DNA of 64,000 nucleotides from Octopus sinensis (Eukaryota), in contig NC_043000.1 in the NCBI RefSeq assembly GCF_006345805.1, forward strand, positions 25,296,001 through 25,360,000, in the 5' to 3' direction. This document shows positions 13,180 through 24,603 of the stretch, piece by piece; positions within the stretch are counted from its first letter, which is position 1; every line of letters begins with the position of its first letter. The notes under the pieces were generated by a model that worked only from the letters and a program-made list of their open reading frames with translations, made no database searches and was not told where the DNA came from. A program made the translations under genes and the position numbers.

Positions 13180-13371
13180 AAGAGCGCGATTCGATTGCAG
13201 AGATATTTTATTGGTTGAACGATATTTTAACATTAGTGTCTTTAACGGGTTCAAAATACAAATTGAAATTAAATTTAATTTCAATTTGTATTTTGAACTT
13301 GTGAAGGACACACGTAATGTTAAAATATCGTTCAACCAATAAAATATCTATTGCAATCGCATCGCACTCTT
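13180..13371. repeat. Loop-less ~190-bp palindrome (MITE-like foldback)
   Basis: Centre ttaaa|tttaa at 13273/13274. Arms match, e.g. agatattttattggttgaacgatattttaacatt versus its reverse complement. Confidence 0.85.
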
Positions 13372-13392
13372 TGTAGAATAATAATAATAATA

Positions 13393-13462
<70 letters not shown>

Positions 13463-13464
<2 letters not shown>

Positions 13465-13740
13465 TGCCTCCTCATTGATATGGCTGTTCCAATCGATATA
13501 AACGTGTCTGTCAAGACCTACCAAAAACTGAGCAAATATAAAGATTTTGAAATAGAAATTAGCAAAATATGGAACCTGAAGACTAAAACAGTACCTGTTG
13601 TCATAGGTGACCTAAGAATGATAGCAAAAGGGGCTGATTGCTGCCTAGCTCAGATACCAGGAAACTTCAAAATGGCGGAAATTCGAAAGATAGTACTCAT
13701 GGGAACTGCTCTTATCCTACGCAAAATACTTTATATGTAA
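13463..13740 (+). mobile_element. 5'-truncated R4/Dong-like RLE C-terminus between (AAT)n tracts
   Basis: ICLLIDMAVPIDINVSVKTYQKLSKYKDFEIEISKIWNLKTKTVPVVIG...KIVLMGTALILRKIL*. Confidence 0.85.
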
Positions 13741-13765
13741 TCTCAATGTAAAGCAAAAGTCAAAC

Positions 13766-13829
<64 letters not shown>

Positions 13830-13830
<1 letters not shown>

Positions 13831-14421
13831 CCCTGATGCAGTACCAATGCCCTGATGCAGTACAAATGCCCTGATGCAGTACCAGGCAGTGGCTCTCGTG
13901 GCTTCTGATCTTAACTGATTGGAAGTGTTATCATGTACATTGTTTTATCTTGGTATAAAAAATGGGCTACAGCAAATATTCTGCTCAATACCACAGATTT
14001 GCTTGTCAGTTGTTTGACCTTAACTAGTTGAGCATGTCCCTTAGTGGCTGACGATATGTGCATCTCTGATCACGAGCAGAAGTAATGGGGGAGCATCATA
14101 GCCATGTGTTGAGTGGGATTCTTTGGGATTTGGATAATTCACCTCTGGAAACATGGGTGTTTCGTTCAACATCCTTAAACAATCCTTATTCAGGGACCTT
14201 TTGAGCAGGATGGGCTACTCGACCTGAAGAAAATTCTAACTGGGCCCCACCTGCAAGATCATGTGCTGTTTATCCTGATATGTGATCACTATGTTGCGCA
14301 CATATGGTTGTGATGCATGTGCCTAGTGTACCCTTATCAGACGGGTAGTCATGATGGGTATACTGGGCTTCGTATATTTTACCCCAGTGTTACTTCGATG
14401 GCATGCACTGCTCTCTCACTC
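13830..14421. mobile_element. Unclassified ~590-bp (AAT)n-flanked element (copy 2) with a triplicated 19-nt end
   Basis: Homologous to 4955-5479; aatgccctgatgcagtac(c/a) occurs three times at 13827-13883. Confidence 0.75.
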
Positions 14422-14541
14422 AATAATAATAATAATAATAATAATAATATAATAATAATAACAATAATAATAATAATAATAATAACATTAATAATAATAA
14501 TAATAATAACAATAACAATAATAATAATAATAATAATAATA

Positions 14542-14606
<65 letters not shown>

Positions 14607-15154
14607 TAATAATAATAAGCTTCAACCTGTCATGAAGGAGATAAAAAATTTACTAGTAAGTTCATGCATAATATCCAGATTGAAAAGCAGATGGAAGTGC
14701 AGAATCTGTTGTTACAATGAAGGTGCGTTTAAACAATTCGCTGATAGATGGGAACAAAAACCTTTGCATAGCAAATATTTGGCCCGTAGAAAACAAGCTG
14801 ATGTAGACCAGAAGCACGCCCGTCAGTAGCTACGGAGCTCAATGCTAGAGACAGAGAGCGAAACCTTTATCTTAGATGGTCAAAGTCAGAGCTTATTGTC
14901 CCGGAACTACCAAGTCAATGTAATGAAAAATGGAGTAGACCCAAAGTGTCGAATACTGCAATGATATAGGCGCAGGAGTGGCTGTGTGGTAAGTAGCTTG
15001 TTTACCAACCACATGGTTCCGGGTTCAGTCCCACTGCGTGGAACCTTGGGCAAGTGTCTTCTACTATAGCCTCGGGCCGACCAAAGCCTTGTGAGTGGAT
15101 TTGGTAGACGGAAACTGAAAGAAGCTCGTTTATATATATATATATTATAGAAGG

Positions 15155-15205
15155 AGCTTCTACAGGACTAGAACTGTTTCATTCAAATGAAATCTTCAGG
15201 AAGCT
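15155..15205 (-). ncRNA. Type I hammerhead motif (weak stem II)
   Basis: AGCTTC-CTGAAGA-TTTCATTTGAAT-GAAAC-AG-ttctagtc-CT-GTA-GAAGCT: 6-bp stem I, 4-bp stem III, GUA triplet. Stem II is only TTC/GAA. Confidence 0.5.
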
Positions 15206-15341
15206 TGCTGTCAAAATCAGTTTTGGCATTTATACATTTAGGCAGATTTAAAAAGGTGGTGGTGGGGGACTTTTTTGGGTCCCACCACCACCACATTAAA
15301 TCTGCCTAAATGTATAAATGCCAAAACTGATTTTGACAGCA

Positions 15342-15397
15342 AGCTTCCTGAAGATTTCATTTGAATGAAACAGTCTAGTTCCTGTCCTGTAGAAGCT
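15342..15397 (+). ncRNA. Type I hammerhead motif, second arm
   Basis: Same core as 15155-15205 with a longer stem III loop (tctagttcctgtc). Confidence 0.45.
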
Positions 15398-15492
15398 CCT
15401 TCTATAAAATAAATTAATTTACTCTGCTATGTATTGAGTACCTTATTTACTGTGGTTAACCCCGACTCAACCCGGGACCTACATATATATAT

Positions 15493-15564
<72 letters not shown>

Positions 15565-16566
15565 ATATGCGTGTGTGTGTTGTGTGTCTGTATTTTCCCC
15601 CTAGCATTGCTTGACAACCGATGCTGGTGTGTTTATGTCCTCGTTACTTAGCGGTTCGGCAAAAGAGACCGATAGAATAAGTACTGGGCTTACAAAAGAA
15701 TAAGTCCCGGGGTCGAGTTGCTCGATTAAGGCGTGTTTGCTCCAGCATGGCCGCAGTCAAATGACTGAAACTAGTAAAAGAGTAAAAAGAGTAAAGAGTA
15801 TAAGATTGAAACAATGGACCACCTAATCTTAGAATGTAAGGTTTTAGCACCGATAGAGTTTGAATCAAGACATGACAGATTTGGCTAATACCTACATTGG
15901 ATAAGGTGTTGGCATTATGAAAGCAAAACTGCTGACAAATGGTACAAGCACCACACTGAGGCTGTAACTGAAGGTGAAAATGTAACGATTCTTTGGGACT
16001 TTCCATAACATACAGACCGGACCATCAAAGGTAATAAACCAGATATTAATGTGAAAAACCAAAACAATAAAGTATGTTTATTGATTGACATGAGCATACC
16101 TTGTGATCATAATATCTCGACAAAAGAATTCGATAAGCTCAGAAAATATAAAGATTTGCTCATTGAAATCAAAAAAATGTGGCATCTCAAGACGGTAGGG
16201 GCACGTGGAATGATCAAAAAGGAACTGCAAATTATTTGAGAATGATCTCTGGTTTACTATCCATGCAGGAAGTGCACAACATTGTCGTAACTGGTACGTC
16301 ACACTTATTAAGAAGATCATTTTCTTTCCTTTCTCCAGTTTTTTTCTTTGTTTTCTTTTCTCATTTTTTCCCATCTTTCCTCTGTTTTTCTTCTCGTTTT
16401 TTTTTCTATCGCGTGACTTCGTAAATTGACAATTTGGTGTGTTTATTTTGATGGCCTACCAATATATACAGTGAGTTTCTTTGGGAAGTCACCCGACAAG
16501 AAATAGAAACAAAACTGAAAGAAGATAATAATAATGATGATGATGATGATAACAATAATAATAATA

Positions 16567-16598
<32 letters not shown>

Positions 16599-16603
16599 AT
16601 ATC

Positions 16604-16641
<38 letters not shown>

Positions 16642-16720
16642 GGTACACACACCAGCAACACGGCGGTGGTAATACAGTAGAAATTTGCCTGTAACTACCA
16701 CGTGTTGAATAATAATAAGA

Positions 16721-16755
<35 letters not shown>

Positions 16756-16756
16756 C

Positions 16757-16788
<32 letters not shown>

Positions 16789-16934
16789 CAGTAGCAGCAG
16801 CAGCAGTGGTAGTAACAGTAGTAGTGGCAGTAGTAGTAGTAGCAGCAGCAGCATAGTAGTAGTAGTAGTAGTAGTAGCAGCAGCAGTAGTGGTAGTAATA
16901 GGAGTAGTAGCATCATCATCATCAGCAGAGCAGC

Positions 16935-16983
<49 letters not shown>

Positions 16984-17096
16984 TAGAGTAGCTTAAGGGT
17001 GGTAGTGATTTATTCTTACTTAGGCTCAAGACAAAAAATATGCGCGTGTGCGCTTGTATGTATTTATTTATGTACGTATGTGTGTGTGAGTGTGTG

Positions 17097-17136
<40 letters not shown>

Positions 17137-17369
17137 CACATATGTATGTATATTGTTCTATGATCGGCAATGAGAAATTTCTCGTGTCAATTTTTGAAAA
17201 TTCAGTTTCCCTTGAAGTGTGTACTCTCTATATATTGAGTGCTGTTTTTCTTCTTGTTTACACAAATATTATCGAGATTCTAATGCTATAAGAGCAGCTA
17301 CAAATGATGTCAAGGTTTATCGTCAAGATACAGGTGTGGATCCCTCACAAATCCGTCCGAACGAGCTGG

Positions 17370-17740
17370 AAAGACAAGTTTACGAATGCAGCAGGACTAG
17401 AAAATCCGAAAGTCCTAAGACACCTATTGTCCACGAAGACATTATATTTTGGACATAGAGGGCACCAGGAGTCATTGTTCAAGATCATCCAAGCGGGAAA
17501 GAAGAAGAAGAAGAAGAAGAAGAAGAAGAAGAAGAAGAAGAAGAAGAAGAAGAAGAAAAAGAAGAAGAAGAAGAAAAAGAAGAAGAAGAAGAAGAAGAAG
17601 AAGAAGAAGAAGAAGAAGAAGAAGAAGAAGAAGAAGAAGAAGAAGAAGAAGAAGAAGAAGAAGAAGAAGAGAGAACAAGAAGCCGGCAAAGACGGTGGAA
17701 TAATGACATCAAATAATGGACTGGATGCAAGAACCCGACT
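17370..17740 (+). pseudogene. RTE-like LINE ORF C-terminal remnant interrupted by a (GAA)n expansion (17497-17672)
   Basis: RTSWKDKFTN...LLSTKTLYFGH...SLFKIIQAGK, then (GAA)n, then RTRSRQRRWNNDIK*WTG, resembling ISWxDKVTN...YFGH...GKRxRGRQRxRWxDDIKEWTG. Confidence 0.55.
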
Positions 17741-17853
17741 GATTGTATGCAACACAACCAAGCCCTGGACACAAGAAGAGTACCTGTCCGATGTCTGTTG
17801 AAGGTGGAATTTCAAGACGTCTTTCCGAATCGAACGTTGAAATGGCGCTAGGA

Positions 17854-17919
17854 GCAGACCTGATTTCATCCGATTTCCATTTGTTTGGATCATTACGAAA
17901 CCATTTCAACGGAGAAAGT
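17854..17919 (+). pseudogene. mariner transposase fragment
   Basis: ADLISSDFHLFGSLRNHFNGE resembles the (Y)SPDLAPSDFHLFRSLQNxLNG motif. Confidence 0.6.
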
Positions 17920-18344
17920 AAGGCCAGCAGGGAAAACATATCTATTTATATGTACTCGGTCAAGCATCGAGTAAACGCCTCGCCAGCGGTGGGACAACCT
18001 AAAATTGTAGGTCCAATAAGGATTACACAGCACCTTGTAGATCCCCTATACCATATAGACATGATCCAAAGACAAACCAGAGCAAGATATCCTGTGCCAA
18101 TATGGGTCGCAAGCTTAGGAATGTGGGAGGACCATGATCTCAAGCGCAAACAAAAGATCTGCATATCTGCTTTTATGTCAGAGGGACCTCCTAGAGAAAT
18201 GCCCTAACAAAAGCTGAGGGGCGTCTCACTCCCAGTGGTCTTCCAGTAGATATTTCTGAGGGCTCATGCTGTGTGTGTGTGCCTGATGCTTATTCCAACG
18301 CCTTCGCCCTTTACGGGACAGGATACAAGAGCCCGACTGTAACG

Positions 18345-18570
18345 TAAATGAACAAACACCAGTTGTCAATCTGTGGTGAGTCACATATATATATACATGC
18401 ATATGGTACGGGATTCTTTTAGTTTCCGTCTTCCAAATCCATTCACAAGGCTTTAATCAGCCGAGAAATAATAGTAGAAGATTCTTGCTCAAGGTGCCAC
18501 GCCGTGGGACTTAACTCGGAATCATGTGGTTGAGAAGCAAGCTTCTTACCACACAGCCACGCCTGCACCT
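18345..18570 (-). mobile_element. SINE family A, partial
   Basis: Reverse complement of gcaggcgtggctgtgtggtaagaagcttgc...gtggcaccttgagcaag...gaatggatttggaagacggaaac. Confidence 0.8.
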
Positions 18571-18631
18571 ACATGTGTGAGTGCATGTGCGCGTGTGTGT
18601 GTGTGTGTATGCATGCATATATATCTGTATT

Positions 18632-18668
<37 letters not shown>

Positions 18669-19227
18669 AACCCAACTTGACAATGGAAGGTACATGCCAG
18701 CGATAAAGCGAACCTGTATATGCTTGATGTACAGGATAAACATATACAAATGATGTGCTGATGGTCCAAACGAGATAAAAGGAAATGGAGTTATCTGCCC
18801 ATAGAAATAGAACGAAGCACAAGCGGTAAATTTTGCATTCGTAATCTATATCCGCAGACGGGTGACCAATATCACCTGCCATCTCGTGTTTAACGTTATA
18901 CCAATGTGGTCTTTTAAATATGATACGAAAAATGTTAAGGTAATACAGCTGTAAACACAGCCTAATCAAACAGGCAGACGCATGCGCCCGCACATGCGCA
19001 CATACTCAGAAAAGTTTCACCTGTTTTTAACACGTTTTCATTAATCTCGCTCTTTCACTCTCTCTTTCTCTCTCTCTTTCTCTTTCTCTCCCAATTTTGT
19101 CTCTCCCCGTGTGCGTGTATGTGCATACGTGTGTATGTTATATACGCATGCATCCATAAATGCATACACAGAAGTAACTAAAACACACACACATAAATTT
19201 GCATATGAATGTTATATATATATATAT

Positions 19228-19266
<39 letters not shown>

Positions 19267-19388
19267 TACATACATATACACGTATATTTTTGTGTGTATA
19301 AATGTTTAAATGTTTGTATCAGTATGCATATGTGAGTTGATGTATATATCTATATGCATGTGTGTCTGTGTGTATATATATATGTATG

Positions 19389-19419
<31 letters not shown>

Positions 19420-20535
19420 TACATTCATACATACATACATACATACATACATACATACATACGTACATACATACATACATACATACATACATGTATGTAT
19501 AGGCATCTGGTTATATATATATATGTATACATATATATATATATATATATACGTATGTATGTTTATATAAATATGCATATACATATATATATATATATAT
19601 ACATTTATACACGTGTATGATCACATAAATACATACATATGTACATATTATATATATATATAATATATATATATATATGGGTACGCCTATATATATATAG
19701 GGAGAGAGAGAGAGAAAAAGAGAGAAAGAGAGTGGGAGAGAGAGTGAGAGAGAGAGAGGAGGGCATTTGATAACAGCAAAGTGGCGTCGACTAATCAAAT
19801 TTTCATCAATCAAGTTATAAATGTTTTAAATTCTTCAGATAGAAGTTGTTCCTATGCCAACTGATCGGTGCCAATTCTTGCATTTGTTGACAAACCTGAT
19901 AAAACGACATGAAAGCCTGCTATATTTATCGTCTGCAAAACGTTACGCAGTTTGTTTGATCCTGTGAAATTAACTACGGTGTTTCCGATTAGCTTGATTG
20001 ATCGGTTCTTACTTTTGGCAACAGAAATACAATTAGACCTTAATTGGATTTAATCTAGCCTGCAAGAGATCCTTAATGCGGGCGTTGAGCAGCAAGAATT
20101 AGCAGCCAAATCTTCCTGAAATCACACGAAACTGTTTTTAAAAATAAAGGACATATTGAATGCTATGTGTTTAACCCAATTGATTTTTAAAAGTACATAT
20201 TTCGAAATTTCGCCTCAGGCATCAGAGAAACACTAAGCAAAGTATGGGGAAGGATGCAGAATTCTAAAGATTGATGACGATGATGATGATGAGGAGGAGG
20301 AGGAGGAAGAGGAGGATGAGGATGACGGTGATAATGACGATGATGATGATGATGATGAATGATGATGATGATGATGATGATGATGATGTGATGATAACGA
20401 CAACTGCAGGCCTCCTATAATCAATTTTGCCCCTGATGCTCACTTTTCCCTGAAAATTTACTGCTGAAATTGGGGTGCGGCAAATATTTTACACTATTCT
20501 AATCGAGCAGTCAACGAATAAACACACAATGAACT

Positions 20536-20770
20536 CAGTTCTACATTTAAGAGATGAGGAATTGTGTACATTATTTACATTATTTACATTATTTACATTT
20601 GACGGGTATTTGTCCTCATCTTGTTTGTTGCTAACACAAAGTTTCGGCTGATATACCCTCCAGCCTTCTTCAGGTGTCTGGGGAAATTTCGAACCTGGGT
20701 TCTCATTCCTTAGGTATTTTTCGATGTTATTATTATTATTGTTGTTATTGTTGTAGTTGTTGTTGTTGTT

Positions 20771-20820
<50 letters not shown>

Positions 20821-20858
20821 TGTTGTTGTTGTTGTTGTTGTTAGTGTTCAGGTCACTG
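20536..20858 (-). mobile_element. Family E element, 5'-truncated inverted arm (simple-repeat spacer plus hammerhead tail)
   Basis: Minus strand begins cagtgacctgaacac (identical to 20931-20945), then (AAC/TAC)n, aacatcgaaaaatacc..., the HHR and (aatgtaaat)n. Confidence 0.8.
20633..20678 (-). ncRNA. Minimal hammerhead motif (family E tail)
   Basis: GACAC-CTGAAGA-A-GGCTG-gagggtatat-CAGCC-GAAAC-TTT-GTGTT; G16.2 is changed to T relative to the other copies. Confidence 0.6.
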
Positions 20859-20868
20859 AACCCACGGG

Positions 20869-20983
20869 CATATGGCGTAGTGGTTAAGAGCGCGGGCTAC
20901 TAACCCCGAGATTCCGAGTTCGATTCCAAGCAGTGACCTGAACACAACACAATAATAATAATATAATAATAATAATAATAATA

Positions 20984-21015
<32 letters not shown>

Positions 21016-21222
21016 TAATAAAATGATAATAATAATAATAATAATAATGATGATGATGATAATAGTAATTTCGAAATATACCTTAGGAATGAGAACCCAG
21101 GTTCGAAATTTCCTCAAGACATCTGATGAAGGCTGGAGGGTATATTCAGCCAAAACGTTGTGTTAACAACAAACAAGATGAAGACAATATCTGCCGAATG
21201 TGAATAATGTAAATAATGTACA
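20869..21222 (+). mobile_element. Family E element: tRNA-like Pol III head + (AAT)n + hammerhead-bearing PLE-like tail
   Basis: A box TGGCGTAGTGG (20873-20883), B box GAGTTCGATTC (20916-20926), (AAT)n, then ttaggaatgagaacccaggttcgaaattt..., the HHR and aatgtaaataatgta. Confidence 0.8.
21118..21164 (+). ncRNA. Minimal hammerhead motif (family E tail)
   Basis: GACAT-CTGATGA-A-GGCTG-gagggtatatt-CAGCC-AAAAC-GTT-GTGTT; G12 is changed to A. Confidence 0.6.
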
Positions 21223-21282
21223 GAGATGAACTCTTTTCTGTATCTGTGATATTTCAGTGAATTTGCATTATTATGATATCGC

Positions 21283-22188
21283 AAGGCGACGAGCTGGCAG
21301 AATCGTTAGCACGTCGGGCGAAATGCTTAGCGGTATTTCGGCTGCCGTTACGTTCTGAGTTCAAATTCCGCCGAGGTTGACTTTGACTTTCATCCTTTCG
21401 GGGTCGATAAATTAAGTACCAGTTAAGCACTGGGGTCGATATAATCGACTTAATACCTATGTCTGTCCATGTTTGTCTCCTCTATGTTTAGCCCCTTGTG
21501 GGTAATAAAGAAATAGGTATTTCGTCTGCCGCTACGTTCTGTGTTCAAATTCCACCGAGGTCGATTTCGCCTTTCATCCTTTTGGGGTCGATTAAATAAG
21601 TACCAGTTACGCACTGGGGTCGATATAATCGACTTAATCCGTGTGTCTGTCCTTTTTGTCCTCTCTGTGTTTAGGCCCTTGTGGGTTGTAATAATAGTAT
21701 TTCGTCTGCCGCTACGTTTCTGATTCGAATTCCCCCGAGGTCGATTTCGCCTTTCATCCTTTTGGTCGATTAAATAAGTACCAGTTACGCATGGGTGGCG
21801 ATATAATCGACTTAATCCGTGTCTGTCCTGTTGTCCTCTCGTGTTTAGCCCCTTGTGGGTTGTAAAATATAGGTATTTCGTCTGCCGCTACGTTCTGAGT
21901 TCGAATTCCGCCGAGGTTGATTTCGCCTTTCATCCTTTCGGGGGCGATAAATTAAGTACCAGTTGAGTACTGGGGTCGAGCTAATCGACTGGCCTCCTTC
22001 CCAAAAGATTTCGTGCCTTATGCCTAGAGTAGAAAAGATTATTATGGCATCGCGTATTCCGCCAAGGTTGACTTTGCCTTTCATCCCTTCGTGGTGGATT
22101 ACGCACTGTTACGCACTGGGGTCGATGTAATCGGCTTAATCCCTTCTTCCAAATTTGAGGCCTTGTGCTTCCAGTAGAAAAAAATTGT
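21283..22188 (+). mobile_element. SINE family B head followed by tandem headless bodies (5 units)
   Basis: Units restart at gtatttcg at 21517, 21697 and 21873 (periods 180 and 176 bp). A partial fifth unit starts at ~22056. Confidence 0.9.
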
Positions 22189-23239
22189 TATGGTGTCGCT
22201 TTCTTCTTACATTACTGAGGTGTATAATTGATATGACAAGACAATCTTCAAACTTAAAATGTAAAAAAAAATGCAGCGTGCAACAAGATAAAAAAGATTT
22301 CAAAACAAAAAAAAAATGTATGCTTTGCCTAATAATTATTAATAAAAAATATATGAACTTTCTATCTTGAATAGGTTCTGAGATTAAGAGCGGAAGCTCG
22401 AGCAAGTCACTCAACTTAATGATCAAACAAACAATAAAACAGACAGTATAGAGAGCACACTTAAATTGTTTTGTTGTTGGATCTTCTGCATGATATGAAA
22501 TATTGGTTGGAGTAATTTTGAACCAGGGAAGTTTTGTATATCAATCAGGTGGACTTCCCACAATAGCGTGTATTGATTACAATAGCTTTCATTGTTCTCA
22601 ACATATAATTTAATCCCTGGTCGAAGACCTTTAGATAGCCATTCTATAACTAATTAAATCATTATAAAGGTTATCGCCCTCGGTTGTAAACCTAAAACAG
22701 ATTTTTGTATACACTAAAGTTATCGAGTTATCCGTCAGGCAATAACTACGACAACGAGATAAACTCGAGGTGTGGTTAATGCTTGTTGAAAACTATTTTG
22801 AGGGAACGAAGATAATAATTGTTAGAAAGCGAACGAACATCTATTTCGCTGAACGAACGCCTGCTTCGTTATATCGTTATAGCAGATATCAAATGGAATA
22901 ACACGGTCAGTTGCAACAAATATAGCCAAGAGATCAATCGATAGACGTACAGCTCCATATTTATTATCAAGCAATTACAAGTCATGAACAATTCTCCATA
23001 GTATATCCCATCGTTGATATATTCTGAAACAAACTTGATTATGAGTTTATCTAGGTTAATTAACAACCTTATGTATTTTTAAATGCAATAAACTAAGCGA
23101 TGTGCCAATTTACAGACGAACGTTGCATTATAAATAGATCTGGATTTGAGAAAGGCATAACAGCAACAACAGTAATAATGGTTTCAAATTTTGACACAAT
23201 GCCAGCAAGTTTGAGGGAAAGGACTAGTCGATTACATCG

Positions 23240-24309
23240 ACCCCGGGACTCAACTGTTACGTGGTTATAAAGCTCGTGTGACATCCATTTTGGAGTTAGG
23301 TGGACTTTATGATAATGTGCTGAGCCGTGTTGAAACATATATGGCATCTCACTGCGTACTTCATTCAAACAAGACTTAACATCTCTCTCCTGCACTTCAA
23401 CATACCCAGCAACATTAACTCTTAAACTCCTTGGAAAGATGTGAGGTGGTATGACATTGCCTTCATTAAGACGGCGAGCTGGCAGAATCGTTAGCACGCC
23501 GGGCGAAATGCGTAGCCGTATTTCGTCTGCCGTTACGTTCTGAGTTCAAATTCCGCCGAGGTCGACTTTACCTTTCATCCTTTCGGGGTCGGTAAATTAA
23601 GTACCAGTCACGCACTGGGGCTGATATAATCGACTTAATCCCTTTGTCTGTCCTTGTTTGTCCTCTCTGTGTTTAGCCCCTTGTGGGTAGTAAAGAAATA
23701 GGTATGACATTGCCTTCATTTCTCACCACTCCTAAAACCATCATAGTTGCTAAAAACTTAGTTTGCATCACTCTAGGGACAGCAAAAGCATCTGCACATA
23801 ACCACCTGTCATTTCTTCTCTTAGACTTTTGATCTTTGTCATGAGAGAAGAACCAAAGCAGGCAATGTTCATGAGAGATTTTAACCTTGTTAAATAAGCT
23901 CCTGCCACACACCAAACGGTTTCCTTATATCTTTGTTGCATGAATTTACTCCTCTCCATTATACACAAGTTGTATCGAATGACCTCGAGCACCACAGTTC
24001 TGATAGTTCATTCCGACATCTAAAGATTTTTGGCAATGACCCCCATTGATTTCTGGGATCATTATCGATTATTCTTCAACTCGCTGGATGAATTGTGGTG
24101 TCCTTACAGTGTCCGATTATTTAGAAAGTTTTATTTTGTCTTCTCTTTGTTACAGCTGAGACATTCCCACTACAAGTATTCATTTCCATTCGAACTTCGT
24201 GTACAAAAGTTCTGGTAACAATTAGAAAATTGACAATCGCCAAATTATTGTGACCCGCACATATGGTTGCAATGACTTCATTTCTTGTGTGAGCATTCTT
24301 ATCTTTCAA
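23240..24309 (-). pseudogene. Decayed Tc1/mariner-superfamily transposase, split by a SINE
   Basis: MKDKNAHTRNEVIATICAGHNNLAIVNFLIVTRTFVHEVR...LWFFSHDK...RNDRWLCADAFAVPRVMQTKFLATMMVLGVVRNEGNVIPPHIFPRSLRVN...YMFQHGSAHYH. Confidence 0.8.
23468..23700 (+). mobile_element. Full-length SINE family B with 20-bp target-site duplication
   Basis: ggtatgacattgccttcatt at 23448-23467 and 23701-23720; removing the SINE restores GNVIPPHIF in the transposase. Confidence 0.92.
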
Positions 24310-24454
24310 GCGGGATCTGAAAGAAATAGAAACATTTTATTTGTTTCGAAAACAGTAATATACCCATAATTGTCCGTTAATACCCCTCACACGCTTTATA
24401 CCGGTAAACATACACATACACCTACACACAAACGCACACATACGTGCACACGCA

Positions 24455-24498
<44 letters not shown>

Positions 24499-24512
24499 TA
24501 TATATATATATA

Positions 24513-24550
<38 letters not shown>

Positions 24551-24572
24551 TATATATTGTGTGGTGTGTGTG

Positions 24573-24603
<31 letters not shown>

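Larger units (their letters stand above)
15148..15480. mobile_element. Divergent inverted pair of PLE-like terminal repeats (~125-bp arms) inserted in (TA)n
   Basis: 15148-15270 is a near-perfect reverse complement of 15279-15404. The right arm has a 3' extension to ~15480. Confidence 0.75.
14966..15797 (+). mobile_element. tRNA-derived SINE family A (CORE-like) containing an internal (TA)n/(GT)n tract with a nested insertion
   Basis: Head ataggcgcaggagtggctgtgtggtaag, core ccactgcgtggaaccttgggcaagtgtcttc, tail cagcatggccgcagtcaaatgactgaaac(tagtaaaagag)n. Confidence 0.85.
14620..16523 (+). mobile_element. R4/Dong-like retrotransposon 3' half, split by a SINE
   Basis: WEQKPLHSKY...SLLSRNYQVNVMKNGVDPKCR, then after the SINE KIETMDHLILEC...ENVTILWDFP*HTDRTIKGNKPDI...CLLIDMSIPCD. 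The 3' UTR ends in gaagataataataat. Confidence 0.85.

Noticed and set aside
17946-18230. Possible L1/Tx1 endonuclease remnant (YWTY...YSMLDRVHI)
   Set aside because: Similarity is too weak and interrupted to call without a profile search.
20869-20940. tRNA gene (and similar heads at 33295, 40031, 40832)
   Set aside because: A and B boxes are present but there is no complete acceptor stem or cloverleaf, and each continues into a SINE body.
21283-22188. Regularly spaced repeats resembling a CRISPR array
   Set aside because: Units are ~180-bp SINE bodies with no unique spacers, there are no cas genes, and the context is eukaryotic.
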